Below, in pieces: positions 20,790 through 28,210 of a stretch of 31,155 bases of DNA. Made by a program: the position numbers and the translations under genes. How positions within the stretch are numbered: the first letter of the stretch is position 1; each line of letters opens with the position of its first letter. The stretch is taken from positions 1-31,155 of the IMG/VR virus record IMGVR_UViG_3300002091_000847; one strand, 5' to 3'. The stretch is from a virus (taxonomy: Duplodnaviria > Caudoviricetes). The notes beneath the pieces were generated by a model, which was not told where the DNA came from, did not search any database, and saw only the letters and a program-made list of their open reading frames with translations.

Positions 20790-21707
20790 TTATTTGATAA
20801 ATTTCCAACTATTTTTAACATCATCCTTTACCTTCTGGGACAATGGAACATAGTCAAGTTCATCTGCCATAGCATCGCCTTTAGTGTATGCCCATTCGAA
20901 GAAGTCCAATGCTGCTTTACTTGCTGCTGGGTCTACAGGCTTAACATACATTATGATGTAAGTTGGAGCAGTGATCGGCCAACTGCTATCTTGGAAACTC
21001 ACCTTACCTGGTTGCTTGCCACCAATAGTAGTATGTGCTAATCCGTTCTGTTTAGCATAAGCATATTCGACATAGCCGATGCTATTCTTTGTCATCTTAA
21101 CATTACCAGCCACACCGTCGTTGCCTTTAGCACCAACGCCTATAGGCCATTCGACTGCTGTGCCACTGCCGATGTTCTTTGCCCATTCGGCACTTACTTC
21201 GCTTAGAAACTTAGTAAACACATAGGTAGTACCTGATCCGTCGCTGCGGCGAACGACCGTAATGCCCGTGTCCGGTAGTTTAACTTTTGGATTCTGTTTA
21301 GCGATGCGAGCGTCATTCCATTTAGTAATCTTACCTAAATAGATATCAGCAATAGTAGCACCGTCTAGTTCTAGTTCACCAGCACTTACACCGTCTAGGT
21401 TAACGACTACTACATTGCCGCCGATTACTGTTGGAAACTGTATGAGTCCGTTCTTGTCCAGTTCTTTCTGATCTAATGGCATGTCGCTAGCACCAAACGT
21501 GACTGTCTTGGCTAGGATCTGCTTAATGCCTGCACCGCTTCCGATGCTCTGGTAGTTGAGGCTGTTGCCAGTCTCTTTCTTATAAGTGTCTGCCCATTTG
21601 GCGTAGATTGGGAAGGGGAATGTCGCCCCTGCTCCGCTTATGTCAGCAGCCATAGTAGCCGTAGCGACTAGTATTCCAGTTAGTGCCAGAATCATCCTTT
21701 TTAGCAT
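20790..21707 (-). CDS. pstS: Phosphate-binding periplasmic protein PstS
   Basis: Signal peptide; GAGATFPFPIYAKW, NYQSIGSGAGIKQI, FGASDMPL, RRSDGSGTT, GAKGNDGVA, IGYVEYAYA, WPIT and LDYVPL. Confidence 0.95.
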   Translation of the reverse strand: MLKRMILALTGILVATATMAADISGAGATFPFPIYAKWADTYKKETGNSLNYQSIGSGAGIKQILAKTVTFGASDMPLDQKELDKNGLIQFPTVIGGNVVVVNLDGVSAGELELDGATIADIYLGKITKWNDARIAKQNPKVKLPDTGITVVRRSDGSGTTYVFTKFLSEVSAEWAKNIGSGTAVEWPIGVGAKGNDGVAGNVKMTKNSIGYVEYAYAKQNGLAHTTIGGKQPGKVSFQDSSWPITAPTYIIMYVKPVDPAASKAALDFFEWAYTKGDAMADELDYVPLSQKVKDDVKNSWKFIK

Positions 21708-21724
21708 TTTTATCTCCTTTTGCT

Positions 21725-22633
21725 TTATTGGATTGTAAAATGTTCGCGATATTTAGGTGTTATATCTGATACGGGTAGTACCACTAACACATCTATAGTA
21801 TTAAATTGTCTATCTATTACAGCACCCGTTCCGAAACGAGCACCGCATCTCATATAACCTTTGATCAATGTAGGCAGACTGTTTAGTGCTGCTTTGTTAT
21901 CGACATCATTATGGTCTTCTCGTGAATAGCAGTTGTGGTGTGCTGTTGTTTGCCATTCATCTTTAGCCATAGCGTTATCATGTATAAAGGCTAATGCTTG
22001 TTTATGCTGTTCTATATTAGTACCTTCGAAACTAGCACAGCCGAACATAGCATCTACCTTCATCTCTCTCACATACCACCATATGCCTCTCCATAGCAGT
22101 TCTATGGTACGCTTGTCTCTGTATGCTGAGTCAACACAACTGCGACCCAGTTCAAGAAAACGTTTACCCGGATGGCGTTGTATGAGGCTTTCTACATCAA
22201 ACTCCTGTTGGCTATAAAATCCGCTGTGTTTCTTTGCTACGTCCTGTAATAGTAAACGATATGTACCTACTATCTTTTCTTTATACTTCTGTTCGGTTCC
22301 GAGTATCTTCTTCTTGGGAAACTTAGTATCAACTACTAACAGATGATCGCAATAATCGTCATAGGGATCTATATCCTTTTGATTCAGCATACTCTTTAAA
22401 TCTGCCAAAGCACCCATTTCTTTGTAGAATATCTTATAACGTAGTTTCTGTGCTTGTTTAATATCTTTCTTAGTCTGTGCTAATCGTATCTCTAGATCGC
22501 CAATGCGTCCCAATACTACAGGATATGACTTAGGTAAGAGGAAAGGTATCTTACCGAATATTGACTTTTCTATATCTCTGTTTAAGGTGTTAATCATATA
22601 TTTGAAGTCTGGAAAGATAGGCGGCTCGATCAT
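21725..22633 (-). CDS. olsB: Ornithine-lipid N-acyltransferase OlsB (GNAT, Acetyltransf_5)
   Basis: LGRIGDLEIRLA, AQKLRY.IFY.EMGA, D.D.YD..CDHLLV, VGTYRLL, GFYSQ.EFD, ELGRSCV, LLW.GI, MFGCASF.G, LP.LIKGY.R.GA, D..FNT.DVLVVLP. Confidence 0.82.
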   Translation of the reverse strand: MIEPPIFPDFKYMINTLNRDIEKSIFGKIPFLLPKSYPVVLGRIGDLEIRLAQTKKDIKQAQKLRYKIFYKEMGALADLKSMLNQKDIDPYDDYCDHLLVVDTKFPKKKILGTEQKYKEKIVGTYRLLLQDVAKKHSGFYSQQEFDVESLIQRHPGKRFLELGRSCVDSAYRDKRTIELLWRGIWWYVREMKVDAMFGCASFEGTNIEQHKQALAFIHDNAMAKDEWQTTAHHNCYSREDHNDVDNKAALNSLPTLIKGYMRCGARFGTGAVIDRQFNTIDVLVVLPVSDITPKYREHFTIQ

Positions 22634-22671
22634 ACTGTAATCTCCTTATGTAAAATATTTAACATACTAAG

Positions 22672-22689
22672 ATAACAGTATGATGACAA
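22672..22689 (-). promoter_or_regulatory. Pho box upstream of olsB-pstS
   Basis: TTGTCAT-CATA-CTGTTAT, 16/18 identical to the box at 20764; 10 nt upstream of TAAATA (22661-22656), then SD AAGGAG. Confidence 0.75.
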
Positions 22690-22691
22690 TT

Positions 22692-22964
22692 TCAATCTTT
22701 TCTTGGAAATTTTAAAAAATAATAGGTTAAATCTTCTTCTCTGAGATCGGCGTAGATTTTTACTCTATAGCCCATACGCTCATGATCAACTTCGCAGCGA
22801 AACACAGGTTTATCTAGGGCATGTTTCATAAGATACTGGGCCTGGTCAGTCTTTTCCCATTCACTTATGGGAAAGGCCGCCATCAGATATGGATCCTCGC
22901 TGTCTCCCATAAAGAAACCGTGTACCATCACATTCTTAACAGTTTTATCTTCTTCTCTTACCAC
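22692..22964 (-). CDS. Small protein, divergent member of the C-terminal motif family (..EEDLTYYFLKF)
   Basis: Same frame as track ORF 22692..23042. GTG 22964 overlapping the upstream stop is a plausible but uncertain start. Confidence 0.55.
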   Translation of the reverse strand: MVREEDKTVKNVMVHGFFMGDSEDPYLMAAFPISEWEKTDQAQYLMKHALDKPVFRCEVDHERMGYRVKIYADLREEDLTYYFLKFPRKD

Positions 22965-23197
22965 GGCCTCCGACCCTTTCCGGTATCCCATCTGAGCAAT
23001 ATGATGCTCAAGATTCTCTTGTCTCCCCCACGCAATTCCCAAAATGGTTCTCCTCCATTAAATCTATTGTGATATAAACAGTCTGGATAGCGTTGGTCCA
23101 TCCAGTCTTTAAAAGCATGATCTTCCGCTGTGCCTTGGCTCCAGGCAGTCGCATGCCAGCGATCCTCACCCAGGTTAGTATGTATGCGAAACTTCAA
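22958..23197 (-). CDS. Small protein, divergent LRW-family member (..IILLRWD..)
   Basis: TTGA start overlap; motif followed by a short tail. Confidence 0.6.
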   Translation of the reverse strand: MKFRIHTNLGEDRWHATAWSQGTAEDHAFKDWMDQRYPDCLYHNRFNGGEPFWELRGGDKRILSIILLRWDTGKGRRPW

Positions 23198-23472
23198 TTA
23201 AACAATACCTTTATCCAACCAACACAGTCCATACTGGCTATCATCAGTCCTGTCGCTAACATTCCGAAACTACCCCTGCTCCACGCACACCAAGCATAGG
23301 CCAACGTACCACCGATCCACATAGGATATAGTATGAGGAACGGTAGATGTGGAACAGTCGCATTAACGATAATAGCACAGAACAGACTGTCGAACCAACA
23401 TATAACTTCTACCATGAAACGGAATTTATTATCCTGCCAATCGGCTTTAATCCATTCCCATATATCAGTCAT
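23194..23472 (-). CDS. Small membrane protein (about 3 TM)
   Basis: Hydrophobic; ATG overlaps the upstream TGA (ATGA). Confidence 0.65.
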   Translation of the reverse strand: MTDIWEWIKADWQDNKFRFMVEVICWFDSLFCAIIVNATVPHLPFLILYPMWIGGTLAYAWCAWSRGSFGMLATGLMIASMDCVGWIKVLFN

Positions 23473-23666
23473 AGCCACTTCAACGCGAATATCACGCTGT
23501 CCTTCTCATCGTAGAAACGTATACAGGTCTTATCACCTTCGCTGTATAGATCCCAACGCTGTGCTTGATCCGTGGGAGGATTGGGCATTTCTTTCTCTAG
23601 CCAATCGGCTGCTTCTCGGGCCCGTATTATACCATCCATGCCTGTGCCTATAACGAGATCTGTCAC
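23469..23666 (-). CDS. LRW-family small protein (..FYDEKDSVIFALKWL)
   Basis: GTGA-coupled start; shared C-terminal motif. Confidence 0.7.
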   Translation of the reverse strand: MTDLVIGTGMDGIIRAREAADWLEKEMPNPPTDQAQRWDLYSEGDKTCIRFYDEKDSVIFALKWL

Positions 23667-23902
23667 ACCCACCTCATTATGAACAGTGTAGCATCACGTT
23701 CGTTCCTAAATTTTAGCACAGGTTCGGCTCCCTGGCCCCTCATGCTATAACTCAAGGTCCATTGTATATTTCTATCACGCAGCCATTCAGTCACATCTTC
23801 ATCATCGATCGTGATTTGTCTTTGAAAGGTGTCAGGATGTCGTAGCAGCAAGGGCTTACGATGTCGTATATCTACCGGTGTCCAATCCCATTCTTCAGTC
23901 AT
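23663..23902 (-). CDS. LRW-family small protein (..FRNERDATLFIMRWV)
   Basis: ATGA-coupled start after GAGGTG. Confidence 0.7.
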   Translation of the reverse strand: MTEEWDWTPVDIRHRKPLLLRHPDTFQRQITIDDEDVTEWLRDRNIQWTLSYSMRGQGAEPVLKFRNERDATLFIMRWV

Positions 23903-24081
23903 GCCCACCTCAACAGGAATAGCGATATATCCTTTTCATTCTTAAACGTCATGACCATACCTTCCCTAGGATGATAACTAAACTGCTGCCAGCACCATTC
24001 GTCTATCTCTTCTACTCTGGCACCATAATACCTGTAGTCGAGGATATAAATGACTCTCGAGTCTTGTATTTGGAATTTCAT
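23899..24081 (-). CDS. LRW-family small protein (..FKNEKDISLFLLRWA)
   Basis: ATGA-coupled start after GAGGTG. Confidence 0.7.
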   Translation of the reverse strand: MKFQIQDSRVIYILDYRYYGARVEEIDEWCWQQFSYHPREGMVMTFKNEKDISLFLLRWA

Positions 24082-24302
24082 CCCCACCTCAAGATAAACA
24101 GTAAAGCATCGTTCTTAGTCTCGAATTCGTAATAGTTCCAAGCAGTCCTTCTGCCTCGATTGGCCTTGACCCATGTTGTCATCTCATCTAACTCATGATC
24201 GCCTACCGATAGGAGTATTTCAGTCTCGCCCTGTACAGTACGTTCCCATACTATTATCTCCCAGGATTGGCCCCGCTGTGACAATCTGAGGTCTTTTACC
24301 AT
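24078..24302 (-). CDS. LRW-family small protein (..FETKNDALLFILRWG)
   Basis: ATG overlaps the upstream W-stop (ATGGTAA). Confidence 0.7.
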   Translation of the reverse strand: MVKDLRLSQRGQSWEIIVWERTVQGETEILLSVGDHELDEMTTWVKANRGRRTAWNYYEFETKNDALLFILRWG

Positions 24303-24604
24303 TTTAACTTAAACCAACTGGCTTCCTTGTCAGTCTGGAGATAGATCCTCAGATTACCCTGTTCTCCATCCCAACACCACTGCGGGTTATTCCAATCTCT
24401 ACCGTCGGCATAGAATCTCAATTCACAACTCGGTCCCCACTGTACCCAACACCAATTACGGATTTCTACGAATTCCTTTTCTTCAAGGTCGCGACGTGCT
24501 ATGTAATTCATAAAAGGTTGATTAACACGATCAGGAATGGCAACAAACTTAAACACATCGCTGCCATTATATCGCTTGTCTAACTTCTTGATCTTGAAGG
24601 TCAT
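24296..24604 (-). CDS. LRW-family protein (..LQTDKEASWFKLKW)
   Basis: Start moved to ATG 24604, downstream of the promoter at 24634-24662. Confidence 0.7.
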   Translation of the reverse strand: MTFKIKKLDKRYNGSDVFKFVAIPDRVNQPFMNYIARRDLEEKEFVEIRNWCWVQWGPSCELRFYADGRDWNNPQWCWDGEQGNLRIYLQTDKEASWFKLKW

Positions 24605-24633
24605 CGTGGGACCGATTGTTTTAACATTTAACA

Positions 24634-24662
24634 ATAATAACAATGATCATGTATTATGTCAA
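24634..24662 (-). promoter_or_regulatory. Sigma70-type promoter heading array 1
   Basis: TTGACA-N17-TATTAT with extended TG. Confidence 0.7.
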
Positions 24663-24664
24663 GT

Positions 24665-24734
24665 GCTAAATATTAGCGTAGTTCGCGATACTGGTAATAT
24701 CCAACTACTCTAACGCTTTAAAGGAGCATCAGCA
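24665..24734 (+). promoter_or_regulatory. TAAATA element plus structured 5' leader of the HNH gene
   Basis: GCTAA-ATA-TTAGC palindrome; stem GTAGTT(24678-83)/AACTAC(24703-08) enclosing GATA/TATC; GCT...AGC around SD AAGGAG. Confidence 0.45.
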
Positions 24735-25310
24735 ATGTATTTACAGAACAAATATACCACATGGTATTATTCTATTATTAATCAAGCAATCAGTCGAACA
24801 CTCCAGGGTTATACTGAAAAACATCATATTATACCTAAATCATTGGGTGGAACAAATTGTCTTTCTAATTTAGTAATTCTTACTGCACGAGAACATTACA
24901 TCTGTCATTTATTATTAACTAAGATGACAATCGGCGATGCTAGATTTAAGATGTCCTATGCTTTAATGATGATGTCTATAGGTAATCGATATAATCAAAG
25001 ATATAATCTAAACAATCGCCAGTATGAGTATGCTAGAAATCTATTGAGTAGCCTAAAAACAGGAAGAAAAAACGGACCAAGCCCAATGCGAGGTAGATCA
25101 CGTCCTATTATAAGTGATGCTCTTAAAGGTAGAAAACAATCAGAAGAACATATTTTTAATTCTGTCAACGCTAGACGTATATCTCAACAAGGAAAATGTA
25201 GTCCTCTAAAAAATAGAAAATGGTGGAACAACGGAACAACTACTAAGATGGCTGTTGAATACCCCGGACCAGACTGGATTTTAGGCAGGAGATTAAGATT
25301 ATCATCATAA
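24735..25310 (+). CDS. Free-standing HNH homing endonuclease
   Basis: NKY..WY..II, YTEKHHIIPKSLGG.N...NLV.LTAREHY.CH.LL; basic NUMOD-like C-terminus (KGRKQSEEH, KWWNNG, W..GR). Lower GC than neighbours and on the opposite strand. Confidence 0.9.
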   Translation: MYLQNKYTTWYYSIINQAISRTLQGYTEKHHIIPKSLGGTNCLSNLVILTAREHYICHLLLTKMTIGDARFKMSYALMMMSIGNRYNQRYNLNNRQYEYARNLLSSLKTGRKNGPSPMRGRSRPIISDALKGRKQSEEHIFNSVNARRISQQGKCSPLKNRKWWNNGTTTKMAVEYPGPDWILGRRLRLSS

Positions 25311-25826
25311 AGATGGTAATCTCTTTTTTATCTCTTCGATGCTTATAGGTGTATAATCAATCTTTTCTACACAGACGTTAAAGTATCTTGGATCATCCAC
25401 ATCGTTGACGTGAGTATGTCCGTGGATATTATAATTGATCTTAAACCCCAATGTGCCAGGGTGAACAGGAACATGACTTAAAAGAACATCAAACTCTGGA
25501 AACATGCGCCACATCATTATCTTCTGGAAACATTTCTGTAGGTTCTGATCCTTACCGTTGTCGTGATTGCCCAGGACCAATCGCTTGCGTCCTCTCAATC
25601 GTGGTAGGATAGTCATTCCTCTATTGCCGCCCATATAGACATCGCCTAGATGGTATACGATATCATCATCCTTGACCACACTGTTCCACTGAGTGATCAT
25701 GTGATCATCCATCTCGTCAACGGATGCGAAGCCTGGACGCACTAGGGCACCAGTGGTGCTGTCAGTGAAACGGAGCATGGACTCATGTCCGAAGTGTGTA
25801 TCTGATACGATGAATATATTTGTCAT
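25305..25826 (-). CDS. Metallophosphoesterase (calcineurin-like)
   Basis: SDTHFGH, YHLGD, GNHD, SHVP and IHGHTH. Confidence 0.9.
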   Translation of the reverse strand: MTNIFIVSDTHFGHESMLRFTDSTTGALVRPGFASVDEMDDHMITQWNSVVKDDDIVYHLGDVYMGGNRGMTILPRLRGRKRLVLGNHDNGKDQNLQKCFQKIMMWRMFPEFDVLLSHVPVHPGTLGFKINYNIHGHTHVNDVDDPRYFNVCVEKIDYTPISIEEIKKRLPSL

Positions 25827-25832
25827 GCTAGA

Positions 25833-25862
25833 ATATTAACACAGCAAGACTAGATCTGTCAA
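25833..25862 (-). promoter_or_regulatory. Sigma70-type promoter, probably leaderless
   Basis: TTGACA-N18-TAATAT, 6 nt before ATG 25826. Confidence 0.6.
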
Positions 25863-26878
25863 CCTGCGAACAGACCCTTTACCATCTTCAATCCGCTGAG
25901 GACTTTTTCTCTGTCTGCTTCAGCACGGGCTTTGGCCTCTGGTGTTTCTGCTTTATCACGCTTCTTAGCATTAACATCTATCATAGCCTTCTCTTCATAT
26001 CTGCGTTCGAACTGATTGATGAAGTCCTCTGCCGATTGGAACTTAGACAGTATATCCTTACCAATCATACCGTTGGTTTCGAAACTCTTAGCCAAGCCCT
26101 TGACACCATTGACTAACTTAGCGATCTTAACATCGTTGACATCATTGCCTGGGAACTGTTTCAATAATGGATCTGCTACTGGATTTTGTACGCCCATACG
26201 TTTGGCTAGATACATGAAGATATCGTAGATATAGGTCTTTGGATTAGTAGTGACTGTTATAGTAGTCGTGCCCTTCTGCTTGCTGAAAGGAACGTGTTGA
26301 TCATCTATTACTTTTAATTGGACGCCGGCGTGCTGTATGCTCATGTCCATAATCTCGCCCATGACGCTATACATATTACCAGTCAGTAGTCCTTTGACTC
26401 CACGCTCCGGAGTCACGCGACTAGCACCCCAATCCTTCATCTTTGGCTCGTGCCACATGAAGTCTACTTGGACATAAGCATCCTTACCTATCTCAACGAT
26501 TGGATGTCCAGGCTTGCTTTCAACGTCGTGTATATAACTAGGGCGACGTTGCTTAACGAATTCATCTGCTAGTTTATTCCAATGTGCTGTGAACTGTCCG
26601 TAGGATAGTCCTTCTACTGGTGGAGCGATCATCTGTAGATCCACATCACCATAGACCTTATCTGGATCTTCCTGCGAGTCTTTCTCGTGATAAGCACCCG
26701 ATCCTGTGGGCTTGCCCATCTCTACTTTACCGTAGCCCTTGTCGCCCAACCAGACGTTGAAGTCGTTAACGAACTGTTGGACTTTGTTTAATACGATCTT
26801 GACTACAGCAGGTTTGATAACAGTGCCCTGTGTGACTGTAGTATCCCAACCGCCTTCGAATAATTCTCTTAATAGCAT
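25859..26878 (-). CDS. Putative Pol-beta-like nucleotidyltransferase
   Basis: PTGS...YGDVDL and QVDFM give the hG[GS]...DhD...D pattern. N-terminal MLLRELFEGG. Confidence 0.6.
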   Translation of the reverse strand: MLLRELFEGGWDTTVTQGTVIKPAVVKIVLNKVQQFVNDFNVWLGDKGYGKVEMGKPTGSGAYHEKDSQEDPDKVYGDVDLQMIAPPVEGLSYGQFTAHWNKLADEFVKQRRPSYIHDVESKPGHPIVEIGKDAYVQVDFMWHEPKMKDWGASRVTPERGVKGLLTGNMYSVMGEIMDMSIQHAGVQLKVIDDQHVPFSKQKGTTTITVTTNPKTYIYDIFMYLAKRMGVQNPVADPLLKQFPGNDVNDVKIAKLVNGVKGLAKSFETNGMIGKDILSKFQSAEDFINQFERRYEEKAMIDVNAKKRDKAETPEAKARAEADREKVLSGLKMVKGLFAG

Positions 26879-26885
26879 TGTTTAT

Positions 26886-27104
26886 TTATAACCACTTGAG
26901 GATGAATTGGGTTTTGTATTTCTCTTCCCAGAAGTCGATGTAGACACCCTCGTGCCAGTTGGGTTTTGTACGGCATACGAATCCCAATTTACGACGTTGG
27001 ACGTGGCCGATACAGATGCTAATACCATACTGGTTTATCATCTTCATTCTTATATTTTTCCAATCGTAATCAGTCAGTTCTAAGGGTTTGATGCGGTTAT
27101 CCAT
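26886..27104 (-). CDS. LRW-family small protein (..FWEEKYKTQFILKWL)
   Basis: Abuts the upstream TAG; shared motif. Confidence 0.7.
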   Translation of the reverse strand: MDNRIKPLELTDYDWKNIRMKMINQYGISICIGHVQRRKLGFVCRTKPNWHEGVYIDFWEEKYKTQFILKWL

Positions 27105-27335
27105 CTATGAGAACTTTAGTTTGAACATAAGATACAGTTTCGGATCGAGATAGTATGTTGTGCGATCATGTGGCTTTTCCATGTTGTACCATCCAGTGGG
27201 TTGTTTTCTCACCCAAGAATGTAGATCCTCAGACTCGTCAGTAGCGGTCCAGTCTGGGTCATCAAAACAATGGACTTTATTCTTATATATGAATAATTCG
27301 TATTGTCCATTCCTTGGAAAAGTTTTTGTTTTCAT
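27105..27335 (-). CDS. LRW-family small protein (..LYLMFKLKFS)
   Basis: ATGA-coupled start after GAGGTG. Confidence 0.68.
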   Translation of the reverse strand: MKTKTFPRNGQYELFIYKNKVHCFDDPDWTATDESEDLHSWVRKQPTGWYNMEKPHDRTTYYLDPKLYLMFKLKFS

Positions 27336-27535
27336 GACCACCTCAATAGGAACATAAATCTATCTGCTTCATTGGGTATAATCAACATGTCACCCAAACG
27401 TAATTCACGGTCCTCAGGAACAGAGATACCCGGAGTGGTTCGTATCTTATCACTGTTAGTTCTTGCCCACACATCGTCCATTAACATCAGCAGTTCCGGA
27501 GCACCTAAATCATCACAGAAAACGAATTTTGTCAT
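27332..27535 (-). CDS. LRW-family small protein (..NEADRFMFLLRWS)
   Basis: ATGA-coupled; shared motif. Confidence 0.7.
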   Translation of the reverse strand: MTKFVFCDDLGAPELLMLMDDVWARTNSDKIRTTPGISVPEDRELRLGDMLIIPNEADRFMFLLRWS

Positions 27536-27771
27536 GAATACCTCAGCAGGAATAGGGTGATGTCCTGTTCAGTAGGAAACTCTACTATTGCCACACCTTT
27601 TCTGGTCTTTATCAATTTAGCATTGTATTCTTGGCCCAGTTTCTGGTTCACATTTTCCCATAGATTTCCCCCCCCAAAATCAATATCATCACGGTTGATG
27701 AAGTTGGCAAAGAACTGATGGTAGTGGCCTCTGCCGTCTGGATCCTGATAACTCACTCGCAACTGTGCCAT
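27532..27771 (-). CDS. LRW-family small protein (..KGVAIVEFPTEQDITLFLLRYS)
   Basis: TGATG-coupled start at 27771. Confidence 0.7.
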   Translation of the reverse strand: MAQLRVSYQDPDGRGHYHQFFANFINRDDIDFGGGNLWENVNQKLGQEYNAKLIKTRKGVAIVEFPTEQDITLFLLRYS

Positions 27772-28022
27772 CAACTCCACCTCATCAAAAACAGAGATAT
27801 ATATTTCTCATCATCAAATGCTAACATACCTCCTGTTAGAAAGTCCACCTTGATATTGTGTTCATCGCACCATGCTAACATAGGTCTTATGTCGTCGTAT
27901 CGAGCATTGCGATCCGGCATCATGGCCTGTGTAAAACTCGTGGGGTAAGGATTACGGGGGATATATCCCAACAGCCATTTTGGATTAGCATCTATCTTAC
28001 GCCATGATATCTTCGTAGTCAT
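27771..28022 (-). CDS. LRW-family small protein (..FDDEKYISLFLMRWS)
   Basis: ATGA-coupled start. Confidence 0.7.
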   Translation of the reverse strand: MTTKISWRKIDANPKWLLGYIPRNPYPTSFTQAMMPDRNARYDDIRPMLAWCDEHNIKVDFLTGGMLAFDDEKYISLFLMRWS

Positions 28023-28210
28023 GACCACCTCAATAGGAACAGCACAGCATCCGCCTCTTCGGCGAAGAAATAATCGATCTCAGTATCATAGCGGGTGTAG
28101 AATGTACGATTTGGCTCGTTTGGTTTGTTGGTTATATAACTGGGACAATGCTCTTTCACCCACGCTAACGCAAGCCAATTGGGATCGTATGGCACGGTGA
28201 TACGAATCAT
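28019..28210 (-). CDS. LRW-family small protein (..FAEEADAVLFLLRWS)
   Basis: ATGA-coupled start. Confidence 0.7.
   Translation of the reverse strand: MIRITVPYDPNWLALAWVKEHCPSYITNKPNEPNRTFYTRYDTEIDYFFAEEADAVLFLLRWS

Noticed and set aside
26879-26890. TAAATA late promoter before the NTase-like gene
   Set aside because: The sequence reads TATAAAAATACAATG, not an exact match to the other elements.
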